A DNA stretch of 64,000 nucleotides, taken from contig OZ024744.1 in the NCBI GenBank assembly GCA_964016885.1, positions 30,380,001 to 30,444,000 on the forward strand. Reading direction: 5' to 3'. Under the pieces are notes generated by a model. The model saw nothing but the letters and a program-made list of their open reading frames with translations. It was not told the origin of the DNA and did no database searches. Shown here one piece after another: positions 25,110-38,779 of this stretch (position 1 is the first letter of the stretch; each line of letters opens with the position of its first letter). This stretch comes from Eledone cirrhosa. Taxonomy: Eukaryota. Made by a program: the position numbers and the translations under genes.

Positions 25110-28100
25110 GACAGTTGGAGGTCGGTTCCTCTGTGTTTGGACCTGGTGTATATGAGAGATAGGAAGTGTGGGAGAGACGGAGACAGTGACAGTGGGAGGT
25201 TGGTTCCTCTGTGTTTGGACCTGGTGTATATGAGAGATAGGGAGAGAGTGGGTGAGATGGAGGCAGTGGGAGGTGGGTTCCTCTGTGTTTGGACCTGGTG
25301 TATATGAGAGATAGGGAGAGAGTGGGTGAGATGGAGGCAGTGGGAGGTTGGTTCCTCTGTGTTTAGACCTGGTGTATATGAGAGATAGGGAGAGTGGGAG
25401 AGATGGAGACAGTGACAGTGGGAGGTTGGTTCATCTGTGTTTGGACCTGGTGTATATGAGAGAGAGGGTGAGAGTGGGAGGGATGGAGGCAGTGACAGTG
25501 GGAGGTTGGTTCCTCTGTGTTTGGACCTGGTGTATATGAGAGAGAGTGAGAGAGTGAGAGAGACGGAGGCAGTGACAGTGGGAGGTTGGTTCCTCTGTGT
25601 TTGGACCTGGTGTATATGAGAGAGAGGGAGAGAGTGGGAGGGATGGAGGCAGTGACAGTGGGAGGTTGGTTCCTCTGTATTTTGACCATGTATATATGAG
25701 AGAGAGGGAGAGAGTGGGAGAGATGGAGGCAGTGACAGTGGGAGGTTGGTTCCTCTGTGTTTGGACATGGTGTATATGAGACATAGGGAGAGAGTGAGAG
25801 AGATGGAGGCAGTGACAGTGGGAGGTTGGTTCCTCTGTGTTTGAACCTGGTGTATATGAGAGATAGGGAGAGAGTGGGAGAGACGGAGGCATTGACAGTG
25901 GGAGGTTGGTTCCTCTGTGTTTAGGCAGGTGTATATGAGAGATAGGGAGAGAGTGGGAGAGACGGAGGCAGTGACAGTGGGAGGTTGGTTCCTCTGTGTT
26001 TGGACCTGGTGTATATGAGAGATAGGGAGAGAGTGGGAGAGACGGAGGCAGTAACAGTGGGAGGTTGGTTCCTCTGTGTTTAGACAGGTGTATATGAGAG
26101 ATAGGGAGAGAGTGGGAGAGACGGAGGCAGTGACAGTGGGAGGTTGGTTCCTCTGTGTTTTGACCTGGTGTATATGAGAGATAGGGAGAGAGTGAGAGAG
26201 ACGGAGGCAGTGACAGTGGGGGGTTGGTTCCTCTGTGTTTGGATCTGGTGTATATGAGAGATAGGGAGAGAGTGAGAGAGACGGAGGCAGTGACAGTGGG
26301 AGGTTGGTTCCTCTGTGTTTGGACCTGGTATATATGAGAGATAGGGAGAGAGGGAGAGATGGAGGCAGTGACAGTGGGAGGTTGGTTCCTCAGTGTTTTG
26401 ACCTGGTGTATATCAGAGATAGGGAGAGTGGGAGAGATGGAGGCAGTGACAGTGGGAGGTTGGTTCCTCTGTGTTTGGACCTGGTGTATATGAGAGAGTG
26501 GGAGAGAGTGAGAGAGACGGAGGCAGTGACAGTGGGAGGTTGGTTCCTCAGTGTTTAGACCTGGTGTATATGAGAGATAGGGAGAGTGGGAGAGATGGAG
26601 GCAGTGACAGTGGGAGGTTGGTTCCTCTGTGTTTGGACCTGGTGTATATGAGAGGTAGGGAGAGTGAGAGAGACGGAGGCAGTGACAGTGGGAGGTTGGT
26701 TCCTCTGTGTTTAGACCTGGTGTATATGAGAGAGAGGGAGAGAGTGGGAGAGACGGAGGCAGTGAAAGTGGGAGGTTGGTTCCTCTGTGTTTGGACCTGG
26801 TGTATATGAGAGATAGGGAGAGTGGGAGAGATGGAGGCAGTGACAGTGGGAGGTTGGTTCCTCTGTGTTTAGACCTGGTGTATTTGAGAGATAGGGAGAG
26901 AGTGGGAGAGATGGAGGCAGTGACAGTGGGAGGTTGGTTCCTCTGTGTTTGAACCTGGTGTATATGAGAGGTAGGGAGAGTGAGAGAGACGGAGGCAGTG
27001 ACAGTTGGAGGTTGGTTCCTCTGTGTTTGGACCTGGTGTATATGAGAGATAGGGAGAGTGGGAGAGACGGAGACAGTGACAGTGGGAGGTTGGTTCCTCT
27101 GTGTTTGGACCTGGTGTATATGAGAGATAGGGAGAGAGTGGGAGAGATGGAGGCAGTGACAGTGGGAGGTTGGTTCCTCTGTGTTTGGACCTGGTGTATA
27201 TGAGAGATAGGGAGAGAGTGGGTGAGATGGAGGCAGTGGGAGGTTGGTTCCTCTGTGTTTAGACCTGGTGTATATGAGAGATAGGGAGAGTGGGAGAGAT
27301 GGAGACAGTGACAGTGGGAGGTTGGTTCATCTGTGTTTGGACCTGGTGTATATGAGAGAGTGGGAGAGAGTGAGAGAGACTGAGGCAGTGACAGTGGGAG
27401 GTTGGTTCCTCTGTGTTTAGACCTGGTGTATATAAGAGAGTGGGAGAGAGTGGGTGAGACGGAGGCAGTGACAGTGGGAGGTTGGTTCCTCTGTGTTTGG
27501 ACCTGGTGTATATGAGAGAGAGTGAGAGAGTGAGAGAGACGGAGGCAGTGACAGTGGGAGGTTGGTTCCTCTGTGTTTGGACCTGGTGTATATGAGAGAG
27601 AGGGAGAGAGTGGGAGGGATGGAGGCAGTGACAGTGGGAGGTTGGTTCCTCTGTGTTTGGACCTGGTGTATATGAGAGATAGGGAGAGAGTGAGAGAGAC
27701 TGAGGCAGTGACAGTGGGAGGTTGGTTCCTCTGTGTTTAGACCTGGTGTATATAAGAGAGTGGGAGAGAGTGGGTGAGACGGAGGCAGTGACAGTGGGAG
27801 GTTGGTTCCTCTGTGTTTAGACCTGGTGTATATAAGAGAGTGGGAGAGAGTGGGTGAGACGGAGGCAGTGACAGTGGGAGGTTGGTTCCTCTGTATTTTG
27901 ACCATGTATATATGAGAGAGAGGGAGAGAGTGGGAGAGATGGAGGCAGTGACAGTGGGAGGTTGGTTCCTCTGTGTTTGGACCTGGTGTATATGAGAGAG
28001 AGTGAGAGAGTGAGAGAGACGGAGGCAGTGACAGTGGGAGGTTGGTTCCTCTGTGTTTGGACCTGGTGTATATGAGAGAGAGGGAGAGAGTGGGAGGGAT

Positions 28101-31100
28101 GGAGGCAGTGACAGTGGGAGGTTGGTTCCTCTGTGTTTGGACCTGGTGTATATGAGAGATAGGGAGAGAGTGAGAGAGACTGAGGCAGTGACAGTGGGAG
28201 GTTGGTTCCTCTGTATTTTGACCTGGTGTATATGAGAGAGTGGGAGAGAGTGAGAGAGATGGAGGCAGTGACAGTGGGAGGTTGGTTCCTCTGTGTTTGA
28301 ACCTGGTGTATATGAGAGATAGGGAGAGTGGGAGAGACGGAGGCATTGACAGTGGGAGGTTGGTTCCTCTGTGTTTAGGCAGGTGTATATGAGAGATAGG
28401 GAGAGAGTGGGAGAGACGGAGGCAGTGACAGTGGGAGGTTGGTTCCTCTGTGTTTGGACCTGGTGTATATGAGAGATAGGGAGAGAGTGGGAGAGACGGA
28501 GGCAGTGACAGTGGGAGGTTGGTTCCTCTGTGTTTAGACAGGTGTATATGAGAGATAGGGAGAGAGTGGGAGAGACGGAGGCAGTGACAGTGGGAGGTTG
28601 GTTCCTCTGTGTTTTGACCTGGTGTATATGAGAGATAGGGAGAGAGTGAGAGAGACCGAGGCAGTGACAGTGGGGGGTTGGTTCCTCTGTGTTTGGATCT
28701 GGTGTATATGAGAGATAGGGAGAGAGTGAGAGAGACGGAGGCAGTGACAGTGGGAGGTTGGTTCCTCTGTATTTGGACCTGGTATATATGAGAGATAGGG
28801 AGAGAGTGAGAGATGGAGGCAGTGACAGTGGGAGGTTGGTTCCTCAGTGTTTGGACCTGGTGTATATGAGAGATAGGGAGAGTGGGAGAGATGGAGGCAG
28901 TGACAGTGGGAGGTTGGTTCCTCTGTGTTTAGACCTGGTGTATTTGAGAGATAGGGAGAGAGTGGGAGAGATGGAGGCAGTGACAGTGGGAGGTTGGTTC
29001 CTCTGTGTTTGAACCTGGTGTATATGAGAGGTAGGGAGAGTGAGAGAGATGGAGGCAGTGACAGTTGGAGGTTGGTTCCTCTGTGTTTGGACCTGGTGTA
29101 TATGAGAGATAGGAAGTGTGGGAGAGACGGAGACAGTGACAGTGGGAGGTTGGTTCCTCTGTGTTTGGACCTGGTGTATATGAGAGATAGGGAGAGAGTG
29201 GGTGAGATGGAGGCAGTGGGAGGTGGGTTCCTCTGTGTTTGGACCTGGTGTATATGAGAGATAGGGAGAGAGTGGGTGAGATGGAGGCAGTGGGAGGTTG
29301 GTTCCTCTGTGTTTAGACCTGGTGTATATGAGAGATAGGGAGAGTGGGAGAGATGGAGACAGTGACAGTGGGAGGTTGGTTCATCTGTGTTTGGACCTGG
29401 TGTATATGAGAGAGAGGGAGAGAGTGGGAGGGATGGAGGCAGTGACAGTGGGAGGTTGGTTCCTCTGTGTTTGGACCTGGTGTATATGAGAGAGAGTGAG
29501 AGAGTGAGAGAGACGGAGGCAGTGACAGTGGGAGGTTGGTTCCTCTGTGTTTGGACCTGGTGTATATGAGAGAGAGGGAGAGAGTGGGAGGGATGGAGGC
29601 AGTGACAGTGGGAGGTTGGTTCCTCTGTATTTTGACCATGTATATATGAGAGAGAGGGAGAGAGTGGGAGAGATGGAGGCAGTGACAGTGGGAGGTTGGT
29701 TCCTCTGTGTTTGGACATGGTGTATATGAGACATAGGGAGAGAGTGAGAGAGATGGAGGCAGTGACAGTGGTAGGTTGGTTCCTCTGTGTTTGAACCTGG
29801 TGTATATGAGAGATAGGGAGAGAGTGGGAGAGACGGAGGCATTGACAGTGGGAGGTTGGTTCCTCTGTGTTTAGGCAGGTGTATATGAGAGATAGGGAGA
29901 GAGTGGGAGAGACGGAGGCAGTGACAGTGGGAGGTTGGTTCCTCTGTGTTTAGACAGGTGTATATGAGAGATAGGGAGAGAGTGGGAGAGACGGAGGCAG
30001 TGACAGTGGGAGGTTGGTTCCTCTGTGTTTTGACCTGGTGTATATGAGAGATAGGGAGAGAGTGAGAGAGACGGAGGCAGTGACAGTGGGGGGTTGGTTC
30101 CTCTGTGTTTGGATCTGGTGTATATGAGAGATAGGGAGAGAGTGAGAGAGACGGAGGCAGTGACAGTGGGAGGTTGGTTCCTCTGTGTTTGGACCTGGTG
30201 TATATGAGAGGTAGGGAGAGTGAGAGAGACGGAGGCAGTGACAGTTGGAGGTTGGTTCCTCTGTGTTTGGACCTGGTGTATATGAGAGATAGGGAGAGTG
30301 GGAGAGACGGAGACAGTGACAGTGGGAGGTTGGTTCCTCTGTGTTTGGACCTGGTGTATATGAGAGATAGGGAGAGAGTGGGTGAGATGGAGGCAGTGGG
30401 AGGTTGGTTCCTCTGTGTTTAGACCTGGTGTATATGAGAGATAGGGAGAGTGGGAGAGATGGAGACAGTGACAGTGGGAGGTTGGTTCATCTGTGTTTGG
30501 ACCTGGTGTATATGAGAGAGAGGGAGAGAGTGGGAGGGATGGAGGCAGTGACAGTGGGAGGTTGGTTCCTCTGTGTTTGGACCTGGTGTATATGAGAGAG
30601 AGTGAGAGAGTGAGAGAGACGGAGGCAGTGACAGTGGGAGGTTGGTTCCTCTGTGTTTGGACCTGGTGTATATGAGAGAGAGGGAGAGAGTGGGAGGGAT
30701 GGAGGCAGTGACAGTGGGAGGTTGGTTCCTCTGTATTTTGACCATGTATATATGAGAGAGAGGGAGAGAGTGGGAGAGATGGAGGCAGTGACAGTGGGAG
30801 GTTGGTTCCTCTGTGTTTGGACATGGTGTATATGAGACATAGGGAGAGAGTGAGAGAGATGGAGGCAGTGACAGTGGGAGGTTGGTTCCTCTGTGTTTGA
30901 ACCTGGTGTATATGAGAGATAGGGAGAGAGTGGGAGAGACGGAGGCATTGACAGTGGGAGGTTGGTTCCTCTGTGTTTAGGCAGGTGTATATGAGAGATA
31001 GGGAGAGAGTGGGAGAGACGGAGGCAGTGACAGTGGGAGGTTGGTTCCTCTGTGTTTGGACCTGGTGTATATGAGAGATAGGGAGAGAGTGGGTGAGATG

Positions 31101-34100
31101 GAGGCAGTGGGAGGTTGGTTCCTCTGTGTTTAGACCTGGTGTATATGAGAGATAGGGAGAGTGGGAGAGATGGAGACAGTGACAGTGGGAGGTTGGTTCC
31201 TCTGTGTTTAGACCTGGTGTATATGAGAGAGTGGGAGAGAGTGGGTGAGACGGAGGCAGTGACAGTTGGAGGTCGGTTCCTCTGTGTTTGGACCTGGTGT
31301 ATATGAGAGATAGGAAGTGTGGGAGAGACGGAGACAGTGACAGTGGGAGGTTGGTTCCTCTGTGTTTGGACCTGGTGTATATGAGAGATAGGGAGAGAGT
31401 GGGTGAGATGGAGGCAGTGGGAGGTGGGTTCCTCTGTGTTTGGACCTGGTGTATATGAGAGATAGGGAGAGAGTGGGTGAGATGGAGGCAGTGGGAGGTT
31501 GGTTCCTCTGTGTTTAGACCTGGTGTATATGAGAGATAGGGAGAGTGGGAGAGATGGAGACAGTGACAGTGGGAGGTTGGTTCATCTGTGTTTGGACCTG
31601 GTGTATATGAGAGAGAGGGTGAGAGTGGGAGGGATGGAGGCAGTGACAGTGGGAGGTTGGTTCCTCTGTGTTTGGACCTGGTGTATATGAGAGAGAGTGA
31701 GAGAGTGAGAGAGACGGAGGCAGTGACAGTGGGAGGTTGGTTCCTCTGTGTTTGGACCTGGTGTATATGAGAGAGAGGGAGAGAGTGGGAGGGATGGAGG
31801 CAGTGACAGTGGGAGGTTGGTTCCTCTGTATTTTGACCATGTATATATGAGAGAGAGGGAGAGAGTGGGAGAGATGGAGGCAGTGACAGTGGGAGGTTGG
31901 TTCCTCTGTGTTTGGACATGGTGTATATGAGACATAGGGAGAGAGTGAGAGAGATGGAGGCAGTGACAGTGGGAGGTTGGTTCCTCTGTGTTTGAACCTG
32001 GTGTATATGAGAGATAGGGAGAGAGTGGGAGAGACGGAGGCATTGACAGTGGGAGGTTGGTTCCTCTGTGTTTAGGCAGGTGTATATGAGAGATAGGGAG
32101 AGAGTGGGAGAGACGGAGGCAGTGACAGTGGGAGGTTGGTTCCTCTGTGTTTGGACCTGGTGTATATGAGAGATAGGGAGAGAGTGGGAGAGACGGAGGC
32201 AGTAACAGTGGGAGGTTGGTTCCTCTGTGTTTAGACAGGTGTATATGAGAGATAGGGAGAGAGTGGGAGAGACGGAGGCAGTGACAGTGGGAGGTTGGTT
32301 CCTCTGTGTTTTGACCTGGTGTATATGAGAGATAGGGAGAGAGTGAGAGAGACGGAGGCAGTGACAGTGGGGGGTTGGTTCCTCTGTGTTTGGATCTGGT
32401 GTATATGAGAGATAGGGAGAGAGTGAGAGAGACGGAGGCAGTGACAGTGGGAGGTTGGTTCCTCTGTGTTTGGACCTGGTATATATGAGAGATAGGGAGA
32501 GAGGGAGAGATGGAGGCAGTGACAGTGGGAGGTTGGTTCCTCAGTGTTTAGACCTGGTGTATATCAGAGATAGGGAGAGTGGGAGAGATGGAGGCAATGA
32601 CAGTGGGAGGTTGGTTCCTCTGTGTTTGGACCTGGTGTATATGAGAGAGTGGGAGAGAGTGAGAGAGACGGAGGCAGTGACAGTGGGAGGTTGGTTCCTC
32701 AGTGTTTAGACCTGGTGTATATGAGAGATAGGGAGAGTGGGAGAGATGGAGGCAGTGACAGTGGGAGGTTGGTTCCTCTGTGTTTGGACCTGGTGTATAT
32801 GAGAGGTAGGGAGAGTGAGAGAGACGGAGGCAGTGACAGTGGGAGGTTGGTTCCTCTGTGTTTAGACCTGGTGTATATGAGAGAGAGGGAGAGAGTGGGA
32901 GAGACGGAGGCAGTGAAAGTGGGAGGTTGGTTCCTCTGTGTTTGGACCTGGTGTATATGAGAGATAGGGAGAGTGGGAGAGATGGAGGCAGTGACAGTGG
33001 GAGGTTGGTTCCTCTGTGTTTAGACCTGGTGTATTTGAGAGATAGGGAGAGTGGGAGAGATGGAGACAGTGACAGTGGGAGGTTGGTTCATCTGTGTTTG
33101 GACCTGGTGTATATGAGAGAGTGGGAGAGAGTGGGAGAGACGGAGGCAGTGACAGTGGGAGGTTGGTTCCTCTGTGTTTAGACCTGGTGTATATGAGAGA
33201 GTGGGAGAGAGTGGGTGAGACGGAGGCAGTGACAGTGGGAGGTTGGTTCCTCTGTATTTTGACCATGTATATATGAGAGAGAGGGAGAGAGTGGGAGAGA
33301 TGGAGGCAGTGACAGTGGGAGGTTGGTTCCTCTGTGTTTGGACCTGGTGTATATGAGAGAGAGTGAGAGAGTGAGAGAGACGGAGGCAGTGACAGTGGGA
33401 GGTTGGTTCCTCTGTGTTTAGACCTGGTGTATATAAGAGAGTGGGAGAGAGTGGGTGAGACGGAGGCAGTGACAGTGGGAGGTTGGTTCCTCTGTGTTTA
33501 GACCTGGTGTATATAAGAGAGTGGGAGAGAGTGGGTGAGCGGAGGCAGTGACAGTGGGAGGTTGGTTCCTCTGTATTTTGACCATGTATATATGAGAGAG
33601 AGGGAGAGAGTGGGAGAGATGGAGGCAGTGACAGTGGGAGGTTGGTTCCTCTGTGTTTGGACCTGGTGTATATGAGAGAGAGTGAGAGAGTGAGAGAGAC
33701 GGAGGCAGTGACAGTGGGAGGTTGGTTCCTCTGTGTTTGGACCTGGTGTATATGAGAGAGAGGGAGAGAGTGGGAGGGATGGAGGCAGTGACAGTGGGAG
33801 GTTGGTTCCTCTGTGTTTGGACCTGGTGTATATGAGAGATAGGGAGAGAGTGAGAGAGACTGAGGCAGTGACAGTGGGAGGTTGGTTCCTCTGTGTTTAG
33901 ACCTGGTGTATATAAGAGAGTGGGAGAGAGTGGGTGAGACGGAGGCAGTGACAGTGGGAGGTTGGTTCCTCTGTGTTTAGACCTGGTGTATATAAGAGAG
34001 TGGGAGAGAGTGGGTGAGACGGAGGCAGTGACAGTGGGAGGTTGGTTCCTCTGTATTTTGACCATGTATATATGAGAGAGAGGGAGAGAGTGGGAGAGAT

Positions 34101-37100
34101 GGAGGCAGTGACAGTGGGAGGTTGGTTCCTCTGTGTTTGGACCTGGTGTATATGAGAGAGAGTGAGAGAGTGAGAGAGACGGAGGCAGTGACAGTGGGAG
34201 GTTGGTTCCTCTGTGTTTGGACCTGGTGTATATGAGAGAGAGGGAGAGAGTGGGAGGGATGGAGGCAGTGACAGTGGGAGGTTGGTTCCTCTGTGTTTGG
34301 ACCTGGTGTATATGAGAGATAGGGAGAGAGTGAGAGAGACTGAGGCAGTGACAGTGGGAGGTTGGTTCCTCTGTATTTTGACCTGGTGTATATGAGAGAG
34401 TGGGAGAGAGTGAGAGAGATGGAGGCAGTGACAGTGGGAGGTTGGTTCCTCTGTGTTTGAACCTGGTGTATATGAGAGATAGGGAGAGTGGGAGAGACGG
34501 AGGCATTGACAGTGGGAGGTTGGTTCCTCTGTGTTTAGGCAGGTGTATATGAGAGATAGGGAGAGAGTGGGAGAGACGGAGGCAGTGACAGTGGGAGGTT
34601 GGTTCCTCTGTGTTTGGACCTGGTGTATATGAGAGATAGGGAGAGAGTGGGAGAGACGGAGGCAGTGACAGTGGGAGGTTGGTTCCTCTGTGTTTAGACA
34701 GGTGTATATGAGAGATAGGGAGAGAGTGGGAGAGACGGAGGCAGTGACAGTGGGAGGTTGGTTCCTCTGTGTTTTGACCTGGTGTATATGAGAGATAGGG
34801 AGAGAGTGAGAGAGACCGAGGCAGTGACAGTGGGGGGTTGGTTCCTCTGTGTTTGGATCTGGTGTATATGAGAGATAGGGAGAGAGTGAGAGAGACGGAG
34901 GCAGTGACAGTGGGAGGTTGGTTCCTCTGTATTTGGACCTGGTATATATGAGAGATAGGGAGAGAGTGAGAGATGGAGGCAGTGACAGTGGGAGGTTGGT
35001 TCCTCAGTGTTTGGACCTGGTGTATATGAGAGATAGGGAGAGTGGGAGAGATGGAGGCAGTGACAGTGGGAGGTTGGTTCCTCTGTGTTTAGACCTGGTG
35101 TATTTGAGAGATAGGGAGAGAGTGGGAGAGATGGAGGCAGTGACAGTGGGAGGTTGGTTCCTCTGTGTTTGAACCTGGTGTATATGAGAGGTAGGGAGAG
35201 TGAGAGAGATGGAGGCAGTGACAGTTGGAGGTTGGTTCCTCTGTGTTTGGACCTGGTGTATATGAGAGATAGGAAGTGTGGGAGAGACGGAGACAGTGAC
35301 AGTGGGAGGTTGGTTCCTCTGTGTTTGGACCTGGTGTATATGAGAGATAGGGAGAGAGTGGGTGAGATGGAGGCAGTGGGAGGTGGGTTCCTCTGTGTTT
35401 GGACCTGGTGTATATGAGAGATAGGGAGAGAGTGGGTGAGATGGAGGCAGTGGGAGGTTGGTTCCTCTGTGTTTAGACCTGGTGTATATGAGAGATAGGG
35501 AGAGTGGGAGAGATGGAGACAGTGACAGTGGGAGGTTGGTTCATCTGTGTTTGGACCTGGTGTATATGAGAGAGAGGGAGAGAGTGGGAGGGATGGAGGC
35601 AGTGACAGTGGGAGGTTGGTTCCTCTGTGTTTGGACCTGGTGTATATGAGAGAGAGTGAGAGAGTGAGAGAGACGGAGGCAGTGACAGTGGGAGGTTGGT
35701 TCCTCTGTGTTTGGACCTGGTGTATATGAGAGAGAGGGAGAGAGTGGGAGGGATGGAGGCAGTGACAGTGGGTGGTTGGTTCCTCTGTATTTTGACCATG
35801 TATATATGAGAGAGAGGGAGAGAGTGGGAGAGATGGAGGCAGTGACAGTGGGAGGTTGGTTCCTCTGTGTTTGGACATGGTGTATATGAGACATAGGGAG
35901 AGAGTGAGAGAGATGGAGGCAGTGACAGTGGGAGGTTGGTTCCTCTGTGTTTGAACCTGGTGTATATGAGAGATAGGGAGAGAGTGGGAGAGACGGAGGC
36001 ATTGACAGTGGGAGGTTGGTTCCTCTGTGTTTAGGCAGGTGTATATGAGAGATAGGGAGAGAGTGGGAGAGACGGAGGCAGTGACAGTGGGAGGTTGGTT
36101 CCTCTGTGTTTAGACAGGTGTATATGAGAGATAGGGAGAGAGTGGGAGAGACGGAGGCAGTGACAGTGGGAGGTTGGTTCCTCTGTGTTTTGACCTGGTG
36201 TATATGAGAGATAGGGAGAGAGTGAGAGAGACGGAGGCAGTGACAGTGGGGGGTTGGTTCCTCTGTGTTTGGATCTGGTGTATATGAGAGATAGGGAGAG
36301 AGTGAGAGAGACGGAGGCAGTGACAGTGGGAGGTTGGTTCCTCTGTGTTTGGACCTGGTGTATATGAGAGGTAGGGAGAGTGAGAGAGACGGAGGCAGTG
36401 ACAGTTGGAGGTTGGTTCCTCTGTGTTTGGACCTGGTGTATATGAGAGATAGGGAGAGTGGGAGAGACGGAGACAGTGACAGTGGGAGGTTGGTTCCTCT
36501 GTGTTTGGACCTGGTGTATATGAGAGATAGGGAGAGAGTGGGTGAGATGGAGGCAGTGGGAGGTTGGTTCCTCTGTGTTTAGACCTGGTGTATATGAGAG
36601 ATAGGGAGAGTGGGAGAGATGGAGACAGTGACAGTGGGAGGTTGGTTCATCTGTGTTTGGACCTGGTGTATATGAGAGAGAGGGAGAGAGTGGGAGGGAT
36701 GGAGGCAGTGACAGTGGGAGGTTGGTTCCTCTGTGTTTGGACCTGGTGTATATGAGAGAGAGTGAGAGAGTGAGAGAGACGGAGGCAGTGACAGTGGGAG
36801 GTTGGTTCCTCTGTGTTTGGACCTGGTGTATATGAGAGAGAGGGAGAGAGTGGGAGGGATGGAGGCAGTGACAGTGGGAGGTTGGTTCCTCTGTATTTTG
36901 ACCATGTATATATGAGAGAGAGGGAGAGAGTGGGAGAGATGGAGGCAGTGACAGTGGGAGGTTGGTTCCTCTGTGTTTGGACATGGTGTATATGAGACAT
37001 AGGGAGAGAGTGAGAGAGATGGAGGCAGTGACAGTGGGAGGTTGGTTCCTCTGTGCTTGAACCTGGTGTATATGAGAGATAGGGAGAGAGTGGGAGAGAC

Positions 37101-37420
37101 GGAGGCATTGACAGTGGGAGGTTGGTTCCTCTGTGTTTAGGCAGGTGTATATGAGAGATAGGGAGAGAGTGGGAGAGACGGAGGCAGTGACAGTGGGAGG
37201 TTGGTTCCTCTGTGTTTGGACCTGGTGTATATGAGAGATAGGGAGAGAGTGGGTGAGATGGAGGCAGTGGGAGGTTGGTTCCTCTGTGTTTAGACCTGGT
37301 GTATATGAGAGATAGGGAGAGTGGGAGAGATGGAGACAGTGACAGTGGGAGGTTGGTTCCTCTGTGTTTAGACCTGGTGTATATGAGAGAGTGGGAGAGA
37401 GTGGGTGAGACGGAGGCAGT
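25110..37420 (+). repeat. ~6.15-kb tandem segmental duplication within the array
   Basis: Private variants GGAGGTCGG (~25117, ~31268), GAGGGTGAG (~25464, ~31615) and GTAACAGTGG (26051, 32202) repeat at offset 6151. The distal part repeats at offset 6160 (ORF pairs 28053/34213, 30174/36334). Confidence 0.85.
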
Positions 37421-38779
37421 GACAGTGGGAGGTTGGTTCCTCTGTATTTTGACCATGTATATATGAGAGAGAGGGAGAGAGTGGGAGAGATGGAGGCAGT
37501 GACAGTGGGAGGTTGGTTCCTCTGTGTTTGGACCTGGTGTATATGAGAGAGAGTGAGAGAGTGAGAGAGACGGAGGCAGTGACAGTGGGAGGTTGGTTCC
37601 TCTGTGTTTAGACCTGGTGTATATAAGAGAGTGGGAGAGAGTGGGTGAGACGGAGGCAGTGACAGTGGGAGGTTGGTTCCTCTGTGTTTAGACCTGGTGT
37701 ATATAAGAGAGTGGGAGAGAGTGGGTGAGACGGAGGCAGTGACAGTGGGAGGTTGGTTCCTCTGTATTTTGACCATGTATATATGAGAGAGAGGGAGAGA
37801 GTGGGAGAGATGGAGGCAGTGACAGTGGGAGGTTGGTTCCTCTGTGTTTGGACCTGGTGTATATGAGAGAGAGTGAGAGAGTGAGAGAGACGGAGGCAGT
37901 GACAGTGGGAGGTTGGTTCCTCTGTGTTTGGACCTGGTGTATATGAGAGAGAGGGAGAGAGTGGGAGGGATGGAGGCAGTGACAGTGGGAGGTTGGTTCC
38001 TCTGTGTTTGGACCTGGTGTATATGAGAGATAGGGAGAGAGTGAGAGAGACTGAGGCAGTGACAGTGGGAGGTTGGTTCCTCTGTGTTTAGACCTGGTGT
38101 ATATAAGAGAGTGGGAGAGAGTGGGTGAGACGGAGGCAGTGACAGTGGGAGGTTGGTTCCTCTGTGTTTAGACCTGGTGTATATAAGAGAGTGGGAGAGA
38201 GTGGGTGAGACGGAGGCAGTGACAGTGGGAGGTTGGTTCCTCTGTATTTTGACCATGTATATATGAGAGAGAGGGAGAGAGTGGGAGAGATGGAGGCAGT
38301 GACAGTGGGAGGTTGGTTCCTCTGTGTTTGGACCTGGTGTATATGAGAGAGAGTGAGAGAGTGAGAGAGACGGAGGCAGTGACAGTGGGAGGTTGGTTCC
38401 TCTGTGTTTGGACCTGGTGTATATGAGAGAGAGGGAGAGAGTGGGAGGGATGGAGGCAGTGACAGTGGGAGGTTGGTTCCTCTGTGTTTGGACCTGGTGT
38501 ATATGAGAGATAGGGAGAGAGTGAGAGAGACTGAGGCAGTGACAGTGGGAGGTTGGTTCCTCTGTATTTTGACCTGGTGTATATGAGAGAGTGGGAGAGA
38601 GTGAGAGAGATGGAGGCAGTGACAGTGGGAGGTTGGTTCCTCTGTGTTTGAACCTGGTGTATATGAGAGATAGGGAGAGTGGGAGAGACGGAGGCATTGA
38701 CAGTGGGAGGTTGGTTCCTCTGTGTTTAGTCAGGTGTATATGAGAGATAGGGAGAGAGTGGGAGAGACGGAGGCAGTGA

